Source: Eledone cirrhosa (Eukaryota). From it: a DNA stretch of 64,000 nucleotides. The first letter of the stretch is position 1. Each line of letters begins with the position of its first letter. Below, piece by piece: positions 16,601 through 32,300 of the stretch. Both the position numbers and the translations under genes were made by a program. The stretch lies in the NCBI GenBank assembly GCA_964016885.1, contig OZ024744.1, forward strand, positions 110,608,001 to 110,672,000, in the 5' to 3' direction. The notes under the pieces were generated by a model. The model did no database searches. It saw only the letters and a program-made list of their open reading frames with translations, and was not told the origin of the DNA.

Positions 16601-19600
16601 AAACTTCACAATACACTATAACTTACCTTGCCCTGAACACAGTAAAACTACACAATCCACTATAAATTCCCTTGCCCTGAACACAGTAAAACTACACAAT
16701 CCACTATAACTTACCTTGCCCAGAACAAAGTAAAACTACGTAATCCACTATACCTTACCTTGCCCTGAACACAGTAAAACTACACAATCCACTATAGCTT
16801 ACATTGCTCTGAACACAGTAAAACTACACAATCCACTATAGCTTACCTTGCCCTGAACACAGTAGAACTACACAATCCACTATAAATTACCTTGTTCTGA
16901 ACACAGTAAAACTACACAATCCACTATAACGTACCTTGCTCTGAACACAGTAAAACTACACAATCCACTATAAATTACCTTGTTCTGAACACAGTAAAAC
17001 TACACAATCCACTATAAATTACCTTGTTCTGAACACAGTAAAACTACACAATCCACTATAACTTAATTGGCCCTGAACACAGTAAAACTACACAATCCAC
17101 TATAACTTAACTGGCCCTGAACACACTAAACTACAGAATCCACTATAACTTAACTGGCCCTGAACACAGTAAAACTACACAATCCACTATAACTTAACTG
17201 GCCCTGAACACAGTAATACTACACAATCCACTATAACTTACTTTGCCCTGAACACAGTAAAACTACATAATCCACTATAACCTACCTTGCCCTGATCACA
17301 GTAAAACTACATAATCCACTATAACTTACATTGCCCTGAACACAGTAAAACTACACAAACCACTATAAATTACCTTGCACTGAACACAGTAAAACTTCAC
17401 AATCCACTATAACTTACTTTGCCCTGAACACAGAAAAACTACACAATCCACTATAACTCAACTGGCCCTGAACACAGTAAACTACAGAATCCACTATAAC
17501 TTACCTTGCCCAGAACAAAGTAAAACTACGTAATCCACTATACCTTACCTTGCCCTGAACACAGTAAAACTACACAATCCACTATAACTTACTCCACTTG
17601 CCCTAAACACAGTAAAACTACACAATCCACTATAACTTATCTTGCACTGAACACAGTAAAACTTCACAATCCACTATAACTTACTTTGCCCTGAACACAG
17701 AAAAACTACACAATCCACTATAACTCAACTGGCCCTGAACACAGTAAACTACAGAATCCACTATAACTTACCTTGCCCAGAACAAAGTAAAACTACGTAA
17801 TCCACTATACCTTACCTTGCCCTGAACACAGTAAAACTACACAATCCACTATAGCTTACCTTGCTCTGAACACAGTAAAACTACACAATCCACTATAGCT
17901 TACGTTGCTCTGAACACAGTAAAACTACACAATCCACTATAACTTACCTTGCCCTGAAAACAGTAGAACTACACAATCCACTATAAATTACCTTGTTCTG
18001 AACACAGTAAAACTACACAATCCACTATAACTTACTTTGCCATGAACACAGTAAAACTACACAATCCACTCTAAATTACCTTGCCCTGAACACAGTAAAA
18101 CTACACAATCCACTATAAATTACTTTGCCCTGAACACATTAAAACTACACAAACCACTATAAATTACCTTGCTCTAAACACAGTAAAACTTTATAATCCA
18201 CTATAACTTAACTGGCCCTGAACACAGTAAATCTACACAATCCACTATAATTTAACTGGCCCTGAACACAGTAAAACTACACAATCCACTATAACTTAAC
18301 TGGCCCTGAACACAGTAAAACTACACAATCCACTATAACTTACCTTGCCCTGAACAGAGTAAAACTACACTATCCACTATAACTTACATTGCCCTGAACA
18401 CAGTAAAACTACACAAACCACTACAAATTACCTTGCCCTGAACACAGTAAAACTACACAATCCACTATAATTAACCTTGCCCTGAACACAGTAAAACTAC
18501 ACAATCCACTATAACTTACTTTGCCCTGAACACAGTAAAACTACACAATCCACTATAAATTACCTTGCTCTGAACACAGTAAAACTACACAATCCACTAT
18601 AACTTAACTGGTCCTGAACACAGTAAAACTACACAATCCACTATAACTTAACTGGCCCTGAACACACTAAACTACAGAATCCACTATAACTTACTTTGCT
18701 CTGAACAAAGGAAACTACACAATCCACTATAACTTAACTGGCCCTGACCACAGTAAAACAACACAATCCACTATAACTGAACTGGCCCTGAACACAGTAA
18801 AACTACACAATCCACTATAACTTAACTGGCCCTGAACACAGTAATACTACACAACCCACTATAACTTACTTTGCCCTGAACACAGTAAAACTACATAATC
18901 CACTATAACCTACCTTGCCCTGATCACAGTAAAACTACATAATCCACTATAACTTACTCCACTTGCCCTAAACACAGTAAAACTAAACAATCCACTATAA
19001 CTTATCTTGCACTGAACACAGTAAAACTTCACAATCCACTATAACTTACCTTGCCCTGAACACAGTAAAACTACACAATCCACTATAAATTCCCTTGCCC
19101 TGAACACAGTAAAACTACACAATCCACTATAACTTACCTTGCCCAGAACAAAGTAAAACTACGTAATCCACTATACCTTACCTTGCCCTGAACACAGTAA
19201 AACTACACAATCCACTATAGCTTACATTGCTCTGAACACAGTAAAACTACACAATCCACTATAGCTTACCTTGCCCTGAAAACAGTAGAACTACACAATC
19301 CACTATAAATTACCTTGTTCTGAACACAGTAAAACTACACAATCCACTATAACGTACCTTGCTCTGAACACAGTAAAACTACACAATCCACTATAACTTA
19401 CCTTGCCATGAACACAGTAAAACTACACAATCCACTATAAATTACCTTGTTCTGAACACAGTAAAACTACATAATCCACTATAACTTACATTGCCCTGAA
19501 CACAGTAAAACTACACTAACCACTATAAATTACCTTGCACTGAACACAGTAAAACTTCACAATCCACTATAACTTACTTTGCCCTGAACACAGAAAAACT

Positions 19601-22600
19601 ACACAATCCACTATAACTCAACTGGCCCTGAACACAGTAAACTACAGAATCCACTATAACTTACCTTGCCCAGAACAAAGTAAAACTACGTAATCCACTA
19701 TACCTTACCTAGCCCTGAACACAGTAAAACTACACAATCCACTATAACTTACTCCACTTGCCCTAAACACAGTAAAACTACACAATCCACTATAACTTAT
19801 CTTGCACTGAACACAGTAAAACTTCACAATCCACTATAACTTACTTTGCCCTGAACACAGAAAAACTACACAATCCACTATAACTCAACTGGCCCTGAAC
19901 ACAGTAAACTACAGAATCCACTATAACTTACCTTGCCCAGAACAAAGTAAAACTACGTAATCCACTATACCTTACCTTGCCCTGAACACAGTAAAACTAC
20001 ACAATCCACTATAGCTTACCTTGCTCTGAACACAGTAAAACTACACAATCCACTATAGCTTACGTTGCTCTGAACACAGTAAAACTACATAATCCACTAT
20101 AACCTACCTTGCCCTGATCACAGTAAAACTACATAATCCACTATAACTTACTCCACTTGCCCTAAACACAGTAAAACTACACAATCCACTATAACTTATC
20201 TTGCACTGAACACAGTAAAACTTCACAATCCACTATAACTTACCTTGCCCTGAACACAGTAAAACTACACAATCCACTATAAATTCCCTTGCCCTGAACA
20301 CAGTAAAACTACACAATCCACTATAACTTACCTTGCCCAGAACAAAGTAAAACTACGTAATCCACTATACCTTACCTTGCCCTGAACACAGGAAAACTAC
20401 ACAATCCACTATAAATTACCTTGTTCTGAACACAGTAAAACTACATAATCCACTATAACTTACATTGCCCTGAACACAGTAAAACTACACTAACCACTAT
20501 AAATTACCTTGCACTGAACACAGTAAAACTTCACAATCCACTATAACTTACTTTGCCCTGAACACAGAAAAACTACACAATCCACTATAACTCAACTGGC
20601 CCTGAACACAGTAAACTACAGAATCCACTATAACTTACCTTGCCCAGAACAAAGTAAAACTACGTAATCCACTATAACTTACCTTGCCCTGAACACAGTA
20701 AAACTACACAATCCACTATAACTTACTCCACTTGCCCTAAACACAGTAAAACTACACAATCCACTATAACTTATCTTGCACTGAACACAGTAAAACTTCA
20801 CAATCCACTATAACTTACTTTGCCCTGAACACAGAAAAACTACACAATCCACTATAACTCAACTGGCCCTGAACACAGTAAACTACAGAATCCACTATAC
20901 CTTACCTTGCCCTGAACAGAGTAAAACTACACAATCCACTATAGCTTACCTTGCTCTGAACACAGTAAAACTACACAATCCACTATAGCTTACGTTGCTC
21001 TGAACACAGTAAAACTACATAATCCACTATAACCTACCTTGCCCTGATCACAGTAAAACTACATAATCCACTATAACTTACTCCACTTGCCCTAAACACA
21101 GTAAAACTACACAATCCACTATAACTTATCTTGCACTGAACACAGTAAAACTTCACAATCCACTATAACTTACCTTGCCCTGAACACAGTAAAACTACAC
21201 AATCCACTATAACTCAACTGGCCCTGAACACAGTAAACTACAGAATCCACTATAACTTACCTTGCTCAGAACAAAGTAAAACTACGTAATCCACTATACC
21301 TTACCTTGCCCTGAACACAGTAAAACTACACAATCCACTATAGCTTACCTTGCTCTGAACACAGTAAAACTACACAATCCACTATAGCTTACGTTGCTCT
21401 GAACACAGTAAAACTACACAATCCACTATAACTTACCTTGCCCTGAAAACAGTAGAACTACACAATCCACTATAAATTACCTTGTTCTGAACACAGTAAA
21501 ACTACACAATCCACTATAACTTACTTTGCCATGAACACAGTAAAACTACACAATCCACTATAACTTACCTTGCACTGAACACAGTAAAACTACACAATCC
21601 ACTCTAAATTACCTTGCCCTGAACACAGTAAAACTACACAATCCACTATAAATTACTTTGCCCTGAACACATTAAAACTACACAAACCACTATAAATTAC
21701 CTTGCTCTAAACACAGTAAAACTTTATAATCCACTATAACTTAACTGGCCCTGAACACAGTAAATCTACACAATCCACTATAATTTAAATGGCCCTGAAC
21801 ACAGTAAAACTACACAATCCACTATAAGTTACCTTGCTCTGAACACAGTAAAACTACACAATCCACTATAACTTACCTTGCCCTGAACAGAGTAAAACTA
21901 CACTATCCACTATAACTTACATTGCCCTGAACACAGTAAAACTACACAAACCACTACAAATTACCTTGCCCTGAACACAGTAAAACTACACAATCCACTA
22001 TAATTAACCTTGCCCTGAACACAGTAAAACTACACAATCCACTATAACTTACTTTGCCCTGAACACAGTAAAACTACACAATCCACTATAAATTACCTTG
22101 CTCTGAACACAGTAAAACTACACAATCCACTATAACTTAACTGGTCCTGAACACAGTAAAACTACACAATCCACTATAACTTAACTGGTCCTGAACACAG
22201 TAAAACTACACAATGCACTATAACTTAACTGGCCCTGAACACACTAAACTACAGAATCCACTATAACTTACTTTGCTCTGAACAAAGGAAACTACACAAT
22301 CCACTATAACTTAACTGGCCCTGACCACAGTAAAACAACACAATCCACTATAACTGAACTGGCCCTGAACACAGTAAAACTACACAATCCACTATAACTT
22401 AACTGGCCCTGAACACAGTAAAACTACACAATCCACTATAACTTAACTGGCCCTGAACACAGTAATACTACACAACCCACTATAACTTACTTTGCCCTGA
22501 ACACAGTAAAACTACATAATCCACTATAACCTACCTTGCCCTGATCACAGTAAAACTACATAATCCACTATAACTTACTCCACTTGCCCTAAACACAGTA

Positions 22601-22650
22601 AAACTAAACAATCCACTATAACTTATCTTGCACTGAACACAGTAAAACTT
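10700..22650. repeat. Higher-order tandem duplication, period ~5.8-6.1 kb, with whole-monomer indels
   Basis: ATTGGCCC at 11201/17066 (5865). ACTAAACAAT at 13161/18982 (5821). CAGGAAAACT marker at 14571/20392 (5821). GCTCAGAACAAAG at 15176/21264 (6088). Confidence 0.8.
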
Positions 22651-25600
22651 CACAATACACTATAACTTACCTTGCCCTGAACACAGTAAAACTACACAAT
22701 CCACTATAAATTCCCTTGCCCTGAACACAGTAAAACTACACAATCCACTATAACTTACCTTGCCCAGAACAAAGTAAAACTACGTAATCCACTATACCTT
22801 ACCTTGCCCTGAACACAGTAAAACTACACAATCCACTATAGCTTACATTGCTCTGAACACAGTAAAACTACACAATCCACTATAGCTTACCTTGCCCTGA
22901 AAACAGTAGAACTACACAATCCACTATAAATTACCTTGTTCTGAACACAGTAAAACTACACAATCCACTATAACGTACCTTGCTCTGAACACAGTAAAAC
23001 TACACAATCCACTATAACTTACCTTGCCATGAACACAGTAAAACTACACAATCCACTATAAATTACCTTGTTCTGAACACAGTAAAACTACATAATCCAC
23101 TATAACTTACATTGCCCTGAACACAGTAAAACTACACTAACCACTATAAATTACCTTGCACTGAACACAGTAAAACTTCACAATCCACTATAACTTACTT
23201 TGCCCTGAACACAGAAAAACTACACAATCCACTATAACTCAACTGGCCCTGAACACAGTAAACTACAGAATCCACTATAACTTACCTTGCCCAGAACAAA
23301 GTAAAACTACGTAATCCACTATACCTTACCTAGCCCTGAACACAGTAAAACTACACAATCCACTATAACTTACTCCACTTGCCCTAAACACAGTAAAACT
23401 ACACAATCCACTATAACTTATCTTGCACTGAACACAGTAAAACTTCACAATCCACTATAACTTACTTTGCCCTGAACACAGAAAAACTACACAATCCACT
23501 ATAACTCAACTGGCCCTGAACACAGTAAACTACAGAATCCACTATAACTTACCTTGCCCAGAACAAAGTAAAACTACGTAATCCACTATACCTTACCTTG
23601 CCCTGAACACAGTAAAACTACACAATCCACTATAGCTTACCTTGCTCTGAACACAGTAAAACTACACAATCCACTATAGCTTACGTTGCTCTGAACACAG
23701 TAAAACTACATAATCCACTATAACCTACCTTGCCCTGATCACAGTAAAACTACATAATCCACTATAACTTACTCCACTTGCCCTAAACACAGTAAAACTA
23801 CACAATCCACTATAACTTATCTTGCACTGAACACAGTAAAACTTCACAATCCACTATAACTTACCTTGCCCTGAACACAGTAAAACTACACAATCCACTA
23901 TAAATTCCCTTGCCCTGAACACAGTAAAACTACACAATCCACTATAACTTACCTTGCCCAGAACAAAGTAAAACTACGTAATCCACTATACCTTACCTTG
24001 CCCTGAACACAGGAAAACTACACAATCCACTATAAATTACCTTGTTCTGAACACAGTAAAACTACATAATCCACTATAACTTACATTGCCCTGAACACAG
24101 TAAAACTACACTAACCACTATAAATTACCTTGCACTGAACACAGTAAAACTTCACAATCCACTATAACTTACTTTGCCCTGAACACAGAAAAACTACACA
24201 ATCCACTATAACTCAACTGGCCCTGAACACAGTAAACTACAGAATCCACTATAACTTACCTTGCCCAGAACAAAGTAAAACTACGTAATCCACTATAACT
24301 TACCTTGCCCTGAACACAGTAAAACTACACAATCCACTATAACTTACTCCACTTGCCCTAAACACAGTAAAACTACACAATCCACTATAACTTATCTTGC
24401 ACTGAACACAGTAAAACTTCACAATCCACTATAACTTACTTTGCCCTGAACACAGAAAAACTACACAATCCACTATAACTCAACTGGCCCTGAACACAGT
24501 AAACTACAGAATCCACTATACCTTACCTTGCCCTGAACAGAGTAAAACTACACAATCCACTATAGCTTACCTTGCTCTGAACACAGTAAAACTACACAAT
24601 CCACTATAGCTTACGTTGCTCTGAACACAGTAAAACTACATAATCCACTATAACCTACCTTGCCCTGATCACAGTAAAACTACATAATCCACTATAACTT
24701 ACTCCACTTGCCCTAAACACAGTAAAACTACACAATCCACTATAACTTATCTTGCACTGAACACAGTAAAACTTCACAATCCACTATAACTTACCTTGCC
24801 CTGAACACAGTAAAACTACACAATCCACTATAACTCAACTGGCCCTGAACACAGTAAACTACAGAATCCACTATAACTTACCTTGCTCAGAACAAAGTAA
24901 AACTACGTAATCCACTATACCTTACCTTGCCCTGAACACAGTAAAACTACACAATCCACTATAGCTTACCTTGCTCTGAACACAGTAAAACTACACAATC
25001 CACTATAGCTTACGTTGCTCTGAACACAGTAAAACTACACAATCCACTATAACTTACCTTGCCCTGAAAACAGTAGAACTACACAATCCACTATAAATTA
25101 CCTTGTTCTGAACACAGTAAAACTACACAATCCACTATAACTTACTTTGCCATGAACACAGTAAAACTACACAATCCACTATAACTTACCTTGCACTGAA
25201 CACAGTAAAACTACACAATCCACTCTAAATTACCTTGCCCTGAACACAGTAAAACTACACAATCCACTATAAATTACTTTGCCCTGAACACATTAAAACT
25301 ACACAAACCACTATAAATTACCTTGCTCTAAACACAGTAAAACTTTATAATCCACTATAACTTAACTGGCCCTGAACACAGTAAATCTACACAATCCACT
25401 ATAATTTAACTGGCCCTGAACACAGTAAAACTACACAATCCACTATAAGTTACCTTGCTCTGAACACAGTAAAACTACACAATCCACTATAACTTAACTG
25501 GCCCTGAACACAGTAAAACTACACAATCCACTATAACTTACCTTGCCCTGAACAGAGTAAAACTACACTATCCACTATAACTTACATTGCCCTGAACACA

Positions 25601-26325
25601 GTAAAACTACACAAACCACTACAAATTACCTTGCCCTGAACACAGTAAAACTACACAATCCACTATAATTAACCTTGCCCTGAACACAGTAAAACTACAC
25701 AATCCACTATAACTTACTTTGCCCTGAACACAGTAAAACTACACAATCCACTATAAATTACCTTGCTCTGAACACAGTAAAACTACACAATCCACTATAA
25801 CTTAACTGGTCCTGAACACAGTAAAACTACACAATCCACTATAACTTAACTGGTCCTGAACACAGTAAAACTACACAATGCACTATAACTTAACTGGCCC
25901 TGAACACACTAAACTACAGAATCCACTATAACTTACTTTGCTCTGAACAAAGGAAACTACACAATCCACTATAACTTAACTGGCCCTGACCACAGTAAAA
26001 CAACACAATCCACTATAACTGAACTGGCCCTGAACACAGTAAAACTACACAATCCACTATAACTTAACTGGCCCTGAACACAGTAAAACTACACAATCCA
26101 CTATAACTTAACTGGCCCTGAACACAGTAATACTACACAACCCACTATAACTTACTTTGCCCTGAACACAGTAAAACTACATAATCCACTATAACCTACC
26201 TTGCCCTGATCACAGTAAAACTACATAATCCACTATAACTTACTCCACTTGCCCTAAACACAGTAAAACTAAACAATCCACTATAACTTATCTTGCACTG
26301 AACACAGTAAAACTTCACAATACAC
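19040..26325. repeat. Higher-order tandem duplication, period 3,621/3,665 bp (~82-83 monomers)
   Basis: Private CCTAGCCCTG marker at 19711/23332 and GCTCAG at 21264/24885 (offset 3621). CAATGCAC at 22211/25876 and ACTAAAC at 22603/26268 (offset 3665, one extra monomer). Confidence 0.9.
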
Positions 26326-29300
26326 TATAACTTACCTTGCCCTGAACACAGTAAAACTACACAATCCACTATAAATTCCCTTGCCCTGAACACAGTAAAA
26401 CTACACAATCCACTATAACTTACCTTGCCCAGAACAAAGTAAAACTACGTAATCCACTATACCTTACCTTGCCCTGAACACAGTAAAACTACACAATCCA
26501 CTATAGCTTACATTGCTCTGAACACAGTAAAACTACACAATCCACTATAGCTTACCTTGCCCTGAAAACAGTAGAACTACACAATCCACTATAAATTACC
26601 TTGTTCTGAACACAGTAAAACTACACAATCCACTATAACGTACCTTGCTCTGAACACAGTAAAACTACACAATCCACTATAACTTACTTTGCCATGAACA
26701 CAGTAAAACTACACAATCCACTATAAATTACCTTGTTCTGAACACAGTAAAACTACATAATCCACTATAACTTACATTGCCCTGAACACAGTAAAACTAC
26801 ACTAACCACTACAAATTACCTTGCACTGAACACAGTAAAACTTCACAATCCACTATAACTTACTTTGCCCTGAACACAGAAAAACTACACAATCCACTAT
26901 AACTCAACTGGCCCTGAACACAGTAAACTACAGAATCCACTATAACTTACCTTGCCCAGAACAAAGTAAAACTACGTAATCCACTATAACTTACCTTGCC
27001 CTGAACACAGTAAAACTACACAATCCACTATAACTTACTCCACTTGCCCTAAACACAGTAAAACTACACAATCCACTATAACTTATCTTGCACTGAACAC
27101 AGTAAAACTTCACAATCCACTATAACTTACTTTGCCCTGAACACAGAAAAACTACACAATCCACTATAACTCAACTGGCCCTGAACACAGTAAACTACAG
27201 AATCCACTATAACTTACCTTGCCCAGAACAAAGTAAAACTACGTAATCCACTATACCTTACCTTGCCCTGAACACAGTAAAACTACACAATCCACTATAG
27301 CTTACCTTGCTCTGAACACAGTAAAACTACACAATCCACTATAGCTTACGTTGCTCTGAACACAGTAAAACTACATAATCCACTATAACCTACCTTGCCC
27401 TGATCACAGTAAAACTACATAATCCACTATAACTTACTCCACTTGCCCTAAACACAGTAAAACTACACAATCCACTATAACTTATCTTGCACTGAACACA
27501 GTAAAACTTCACAATCCACTATAACTTACCTTGCCCTGAACACAGTAAAACTACACAATCCACTATAAATTCCCTTGCCCTGAACACAGTAAAACTACAC
27601 AATCCACTATAACTTACCTTGCCCAGAACAAAGTAAAACTACGTAATCCACTATACCTTACCTTGCCCTGAACACAGTAAAACTACACAATCCACTATAG
27701 CTTACATTGCTCTGAACACATTAAAACTACACAATCCACTATAGCTTACCTTGCCCTGAAAACAGTAGAACTACACAATCCACTATAAATTACCTTGTTC
27801 TGAACACAGTAAAACTACACAATCCACTATAACGTACCTTGCTCTGAACACAGTAAAACTACACAATCCACTATAAATTACCTTGTTCTGAACACAGTAA
27901 AACTACACAATCCACTATAAATTACCTTGTTCTGAACACAGTAAAACTACACAATCCACTATAACTTAATTGGCCCTGAACACAGTAAAACTACACAATC
28001 CACTATAACTTAACTGGCCCTGAACACACTAAACTACAGAATCCACTATAACTTAACTGGCCCTGAACACAGTAAAACTACACAATCCACTATAACTTAA
28101 CTGGCCCTGAACACAGTAATACTACACAATCCACTATAACTTACTTTGCCCTGAACACAGTAAAACTACATAATCCACTATAACCTACCTTGCCCTGATC
28201 ACAGTAAAACTACATAATCCACTATAACTTACATTGCCCTGAACACAGAAAAACTACACAATCCACTATAACTCAAATGGCCCTGAACACAGTAAACTAC
28301 AGAATCCACTATAACTTACCTTGCCCAGAACAAAGTAAAACTACGTAATCCACTATACCTTACCTTGCCCTGAACACAGTAAAACTACACAATCCACTAT
28401 AACTTACTCCACTTGCCCTAAACACAGTAAAACTACACAATCCACTATAACTTATCTTGCACTGAACACAGTAAAACTTCACAATCCACTATAACTTACT
28501 TTGCCCTGAAGACAGAAAAACTACACAATCCACTATAACTCAACTGGCCCTGAACACAGTAAACTACAGAATCCACTATAACTTACCTTGCCCAGAACAA
28601 AGTAAAACTACGTAATCCACTATACCTTACCTTGCCCTGAACACAGTAAAACTACACAATCCACTATAGCTTACCTTGCTCTGAACACAGTAAAACTACA
28701 CAATCCACTATAGCTTACGTTGCTCTGAACACAGTAAAACTACACAATCCACTATAACTTACCTTGCCCTGAAAACAGTAGAACTACACAATCCACTATA
28801 AATTACCTTGTTCTGAACACAGTAAAACTACACAATCCACTATAACTTACTTTGCCATGAACACAGTAAAACTACACAATCCACTATAACTTACCTTGCA
28901 CTGAACACAGTAAAACTACACAATCCACTCTAAATTACCTTGCCCTGAACACAGTAAAACTACACAATCCACTATAAATTACTTTGCCCTGAACACATTA
29001 AAACTACACAAACCACTATAAATTACCTTGCTCTAAACACAGTAAAACTTTATAATCCACTATAACTTAACTGGCCCTGAACACAGTAAATCTACACAAT
29101 CCACTATAATTTAACTGGCCCTGAACACAGTAAAACTACACAATCCACTATAAGTTACCTTGCTCTGAACACAGTAAAACTACACAATCCACTATAACTT
29201 AACTGGCCCTGAACACAGTAAAACTACACAATCCACTATAACTTACCTTGCCCTGAACAGAGTAAAACTACACTATCCACTATAACTTACATTTCCCTGA

Positions 29301-32300
29301 ACACAGTAAAACTACACAATCCACTATAACTTACTTTGCCCTGAACACAGTAAAACTACACAATCCACTATAAATTACCTTGCTCTGAACACAGTAAAAC
29401 TACACAATCCACTATAACTTAACTGGTCCTGAACACAGTAAAACTACACAATCCACTATAACTTAACTGGTCCTGAACACAGTAAAACTACACAATCCAC
29501 TATAACTTAACTGGCCCTGAACACACTAAACTACAGAATCCACTATAACTTACTTTGCTCTGAACAAAGGAAACTACACAATCCACTATAACTTAACTGG
29601 CCCTGACCACAGTAAAACAACACAATCCACTATAACTGAACTGGCCCTGAACACAGTAAAACTACACAATCCACTATAAATTCCCTTGCCCTGAACACAG
29701 TAAAACTACACAATCCACTATAACTTACCTTGCCCAGAACAAAGTAAAGCTACGTAATCCACTATACCTTACCTTGCCCTGAACACAGCAAAACTACACA
29801 ATCCACTATAGCTTACATTGCTCTGAACACAGTAAAACTACACAATCCACTATAGCTTACCTTGCCCTGAAAACAGTAGAACTACACAATCCACTATAAA
29901 TTACCTTGTTCTGAACACAGTAAAACTACACAATCCACTATAACGTACCTTGCTCTGAACACAGTAAAACTACACAATCCACTATAAATTACCTTGTTCT
30001 GAACACAGTAAAACTACACAATCCACTATAAATTACCTTGTTCTGAACACAGTAAAACTACACAATCCACTATAACTTAATTGGCCCTGAACACAGTAAA
30101 ACTACACAATCCACTATAACTTAACTGGCCCTGAACACACTAAACTACAGAATCCACTATAACTTAACTGGCCCTGAACACAGTAAAACTACACAATCCA
30201 CTATAACTTAACTGGCCCTGAACACAGTAATACTACACAATCCACTATAACTTACTTTGCCCTGAACACAGTAAAACTACATAATCCACTATAACCTACC
30301 TTGCCCTGATCACAGTAAAACTACATAATCCACTATAACTTACATTGCCCTGAACACAGTAAAACTACACAAACCACTATAAATTATCTTGCACTGAACA
30401 CAGTAAAACTTCACAATCCACTATAACTTACTTTGCCCTGAACACAGAAAAACTACACAATCCACTATAACTCAACTGGCCCTGAACACAGTAAACTACA
30501 GAATCCACTATAACTTACCTTGCCCAGAACAAAGTAAAACTACGTAATCCACTATACCTTACCTTGCCCTGAACACAGTAAAACTACACAATCCACTATA
30601 ACTTACTCCACTTGCCCTAAACACAGTAAAACTACACAATCCACTATAACTTATCTTGCACTGAACACAGTAAAACTTCACAATCCACTATAACTTACTT
30701 TGCCCTGAACACAGAAAAACTACACAATCCACTATAACTCAACTGGCCCTGAAAACAGTAAAACTACACAATCCACTCTAAATTACCTTGCCCTGAACAC
30801 AGTAAAACTACACAATCCACTATAAATTACTTTGCCCTGAACACATTAAAACTACACAAACCACTATAAATTACCTTGCTCTAAACACAGTAAAACTTTA
30901 TAATCCACTATAACTTAACTGGCCCTGAACACAGTAAATCTACACAATCCACTATAATTTAACTGGCCCTGAACACAGTAAAACTACACAATCCACTATA
31001 AGTTACCTTGCTCTGAACACAGTAAAACTACACAATCCACTATAACTTAACTGGCCCTGAACACGGTAAAACTACACAATCCACTATAACTTACCTTGCC
31101 CTGAACAGAGTAAAACTACACTATCCACTATAACTTACATTGCCCTGAACACAGTAAAACTACACAAACCACTATAAATTACCTTGCCCTGAACACAGTA
31201 AAACTACACAATCCACTATAATTAACGTTGCCCTGAACACAGTAAAACTACACAATCCACTATAACTTACTTTGCCCTGAACACAGTAAAACTACACAAT
31301 CCACTATAAATTATCTTGCTCTGAACACAGTAAAACTACACAATCCACTATAACTTAACTGGTCCTGAACACAGTAAAACTACACAATCCACTATAACTT
31401 AACTGGTCCTGAACACAGTAAAACTACACAATCCACTATAACTTAACTGGCCCTGAACACACTAAACTACAGAATCCACTATAACTTACTTTGCTCTGAA
31501 CAAAGGAAACTACACAATCCACTATAACTTAACTGGCCCTGACCACAGTAAAACAACACAATCCACTATAACTGAACTGGCCCTGAACACAGTAAAACTA
31601 CACAATCCACTATAACTTAACTGGCCCTGAACACAGTAAAACTACACAATCCACTATAACTTAACTGGCCCTGAACACAGTAATACTACACAACCCACTA
31701 TAACTTACTTTGCCCTGAACACAGTAAAACTACATAATCCACTATAACCTACCTTGCCCTGATCACAGTAAAACTACATAATCCACTATAACTTACTCCA
31801 CTTGCCCTAAACACAGTAAAACTACACAATCCACTATAACTTATCTTGCACTGAACACAGTAAAACTTCACAATCCACTATAACTTACCTTGCCCTAAAC
31901 ACAGTAAAACTACACAATCCACTATAAATTCCCTTGCCCTGAACACAGTAAAACTACACAATCCACTATAACTTACCTTGCCCAGAACAAAGTAAAACTA
32001 CGTAATCCACTATACCTTACCTTGCCCTGAACACAGTAAAACTACACAATCCACTATAGCTTACATTGCTCTGAACACAGTAAAACTACACAATCCACTA
32101 TAGCTTACCTTGCCCTGAAAACAGTAGAATTACACAATCCACTATAACGTACCTTGCTCTGAACACAGTAAAACTACACAATCCACTATAACTTACTTTG
32201 CCCTGAACACATTAAAACTACACAATCCACTATAAATTACCTTGCTCTAAACACAGTAAAACTTTATAATCCACTATAAATTAACTGGCCCTGAACACAG

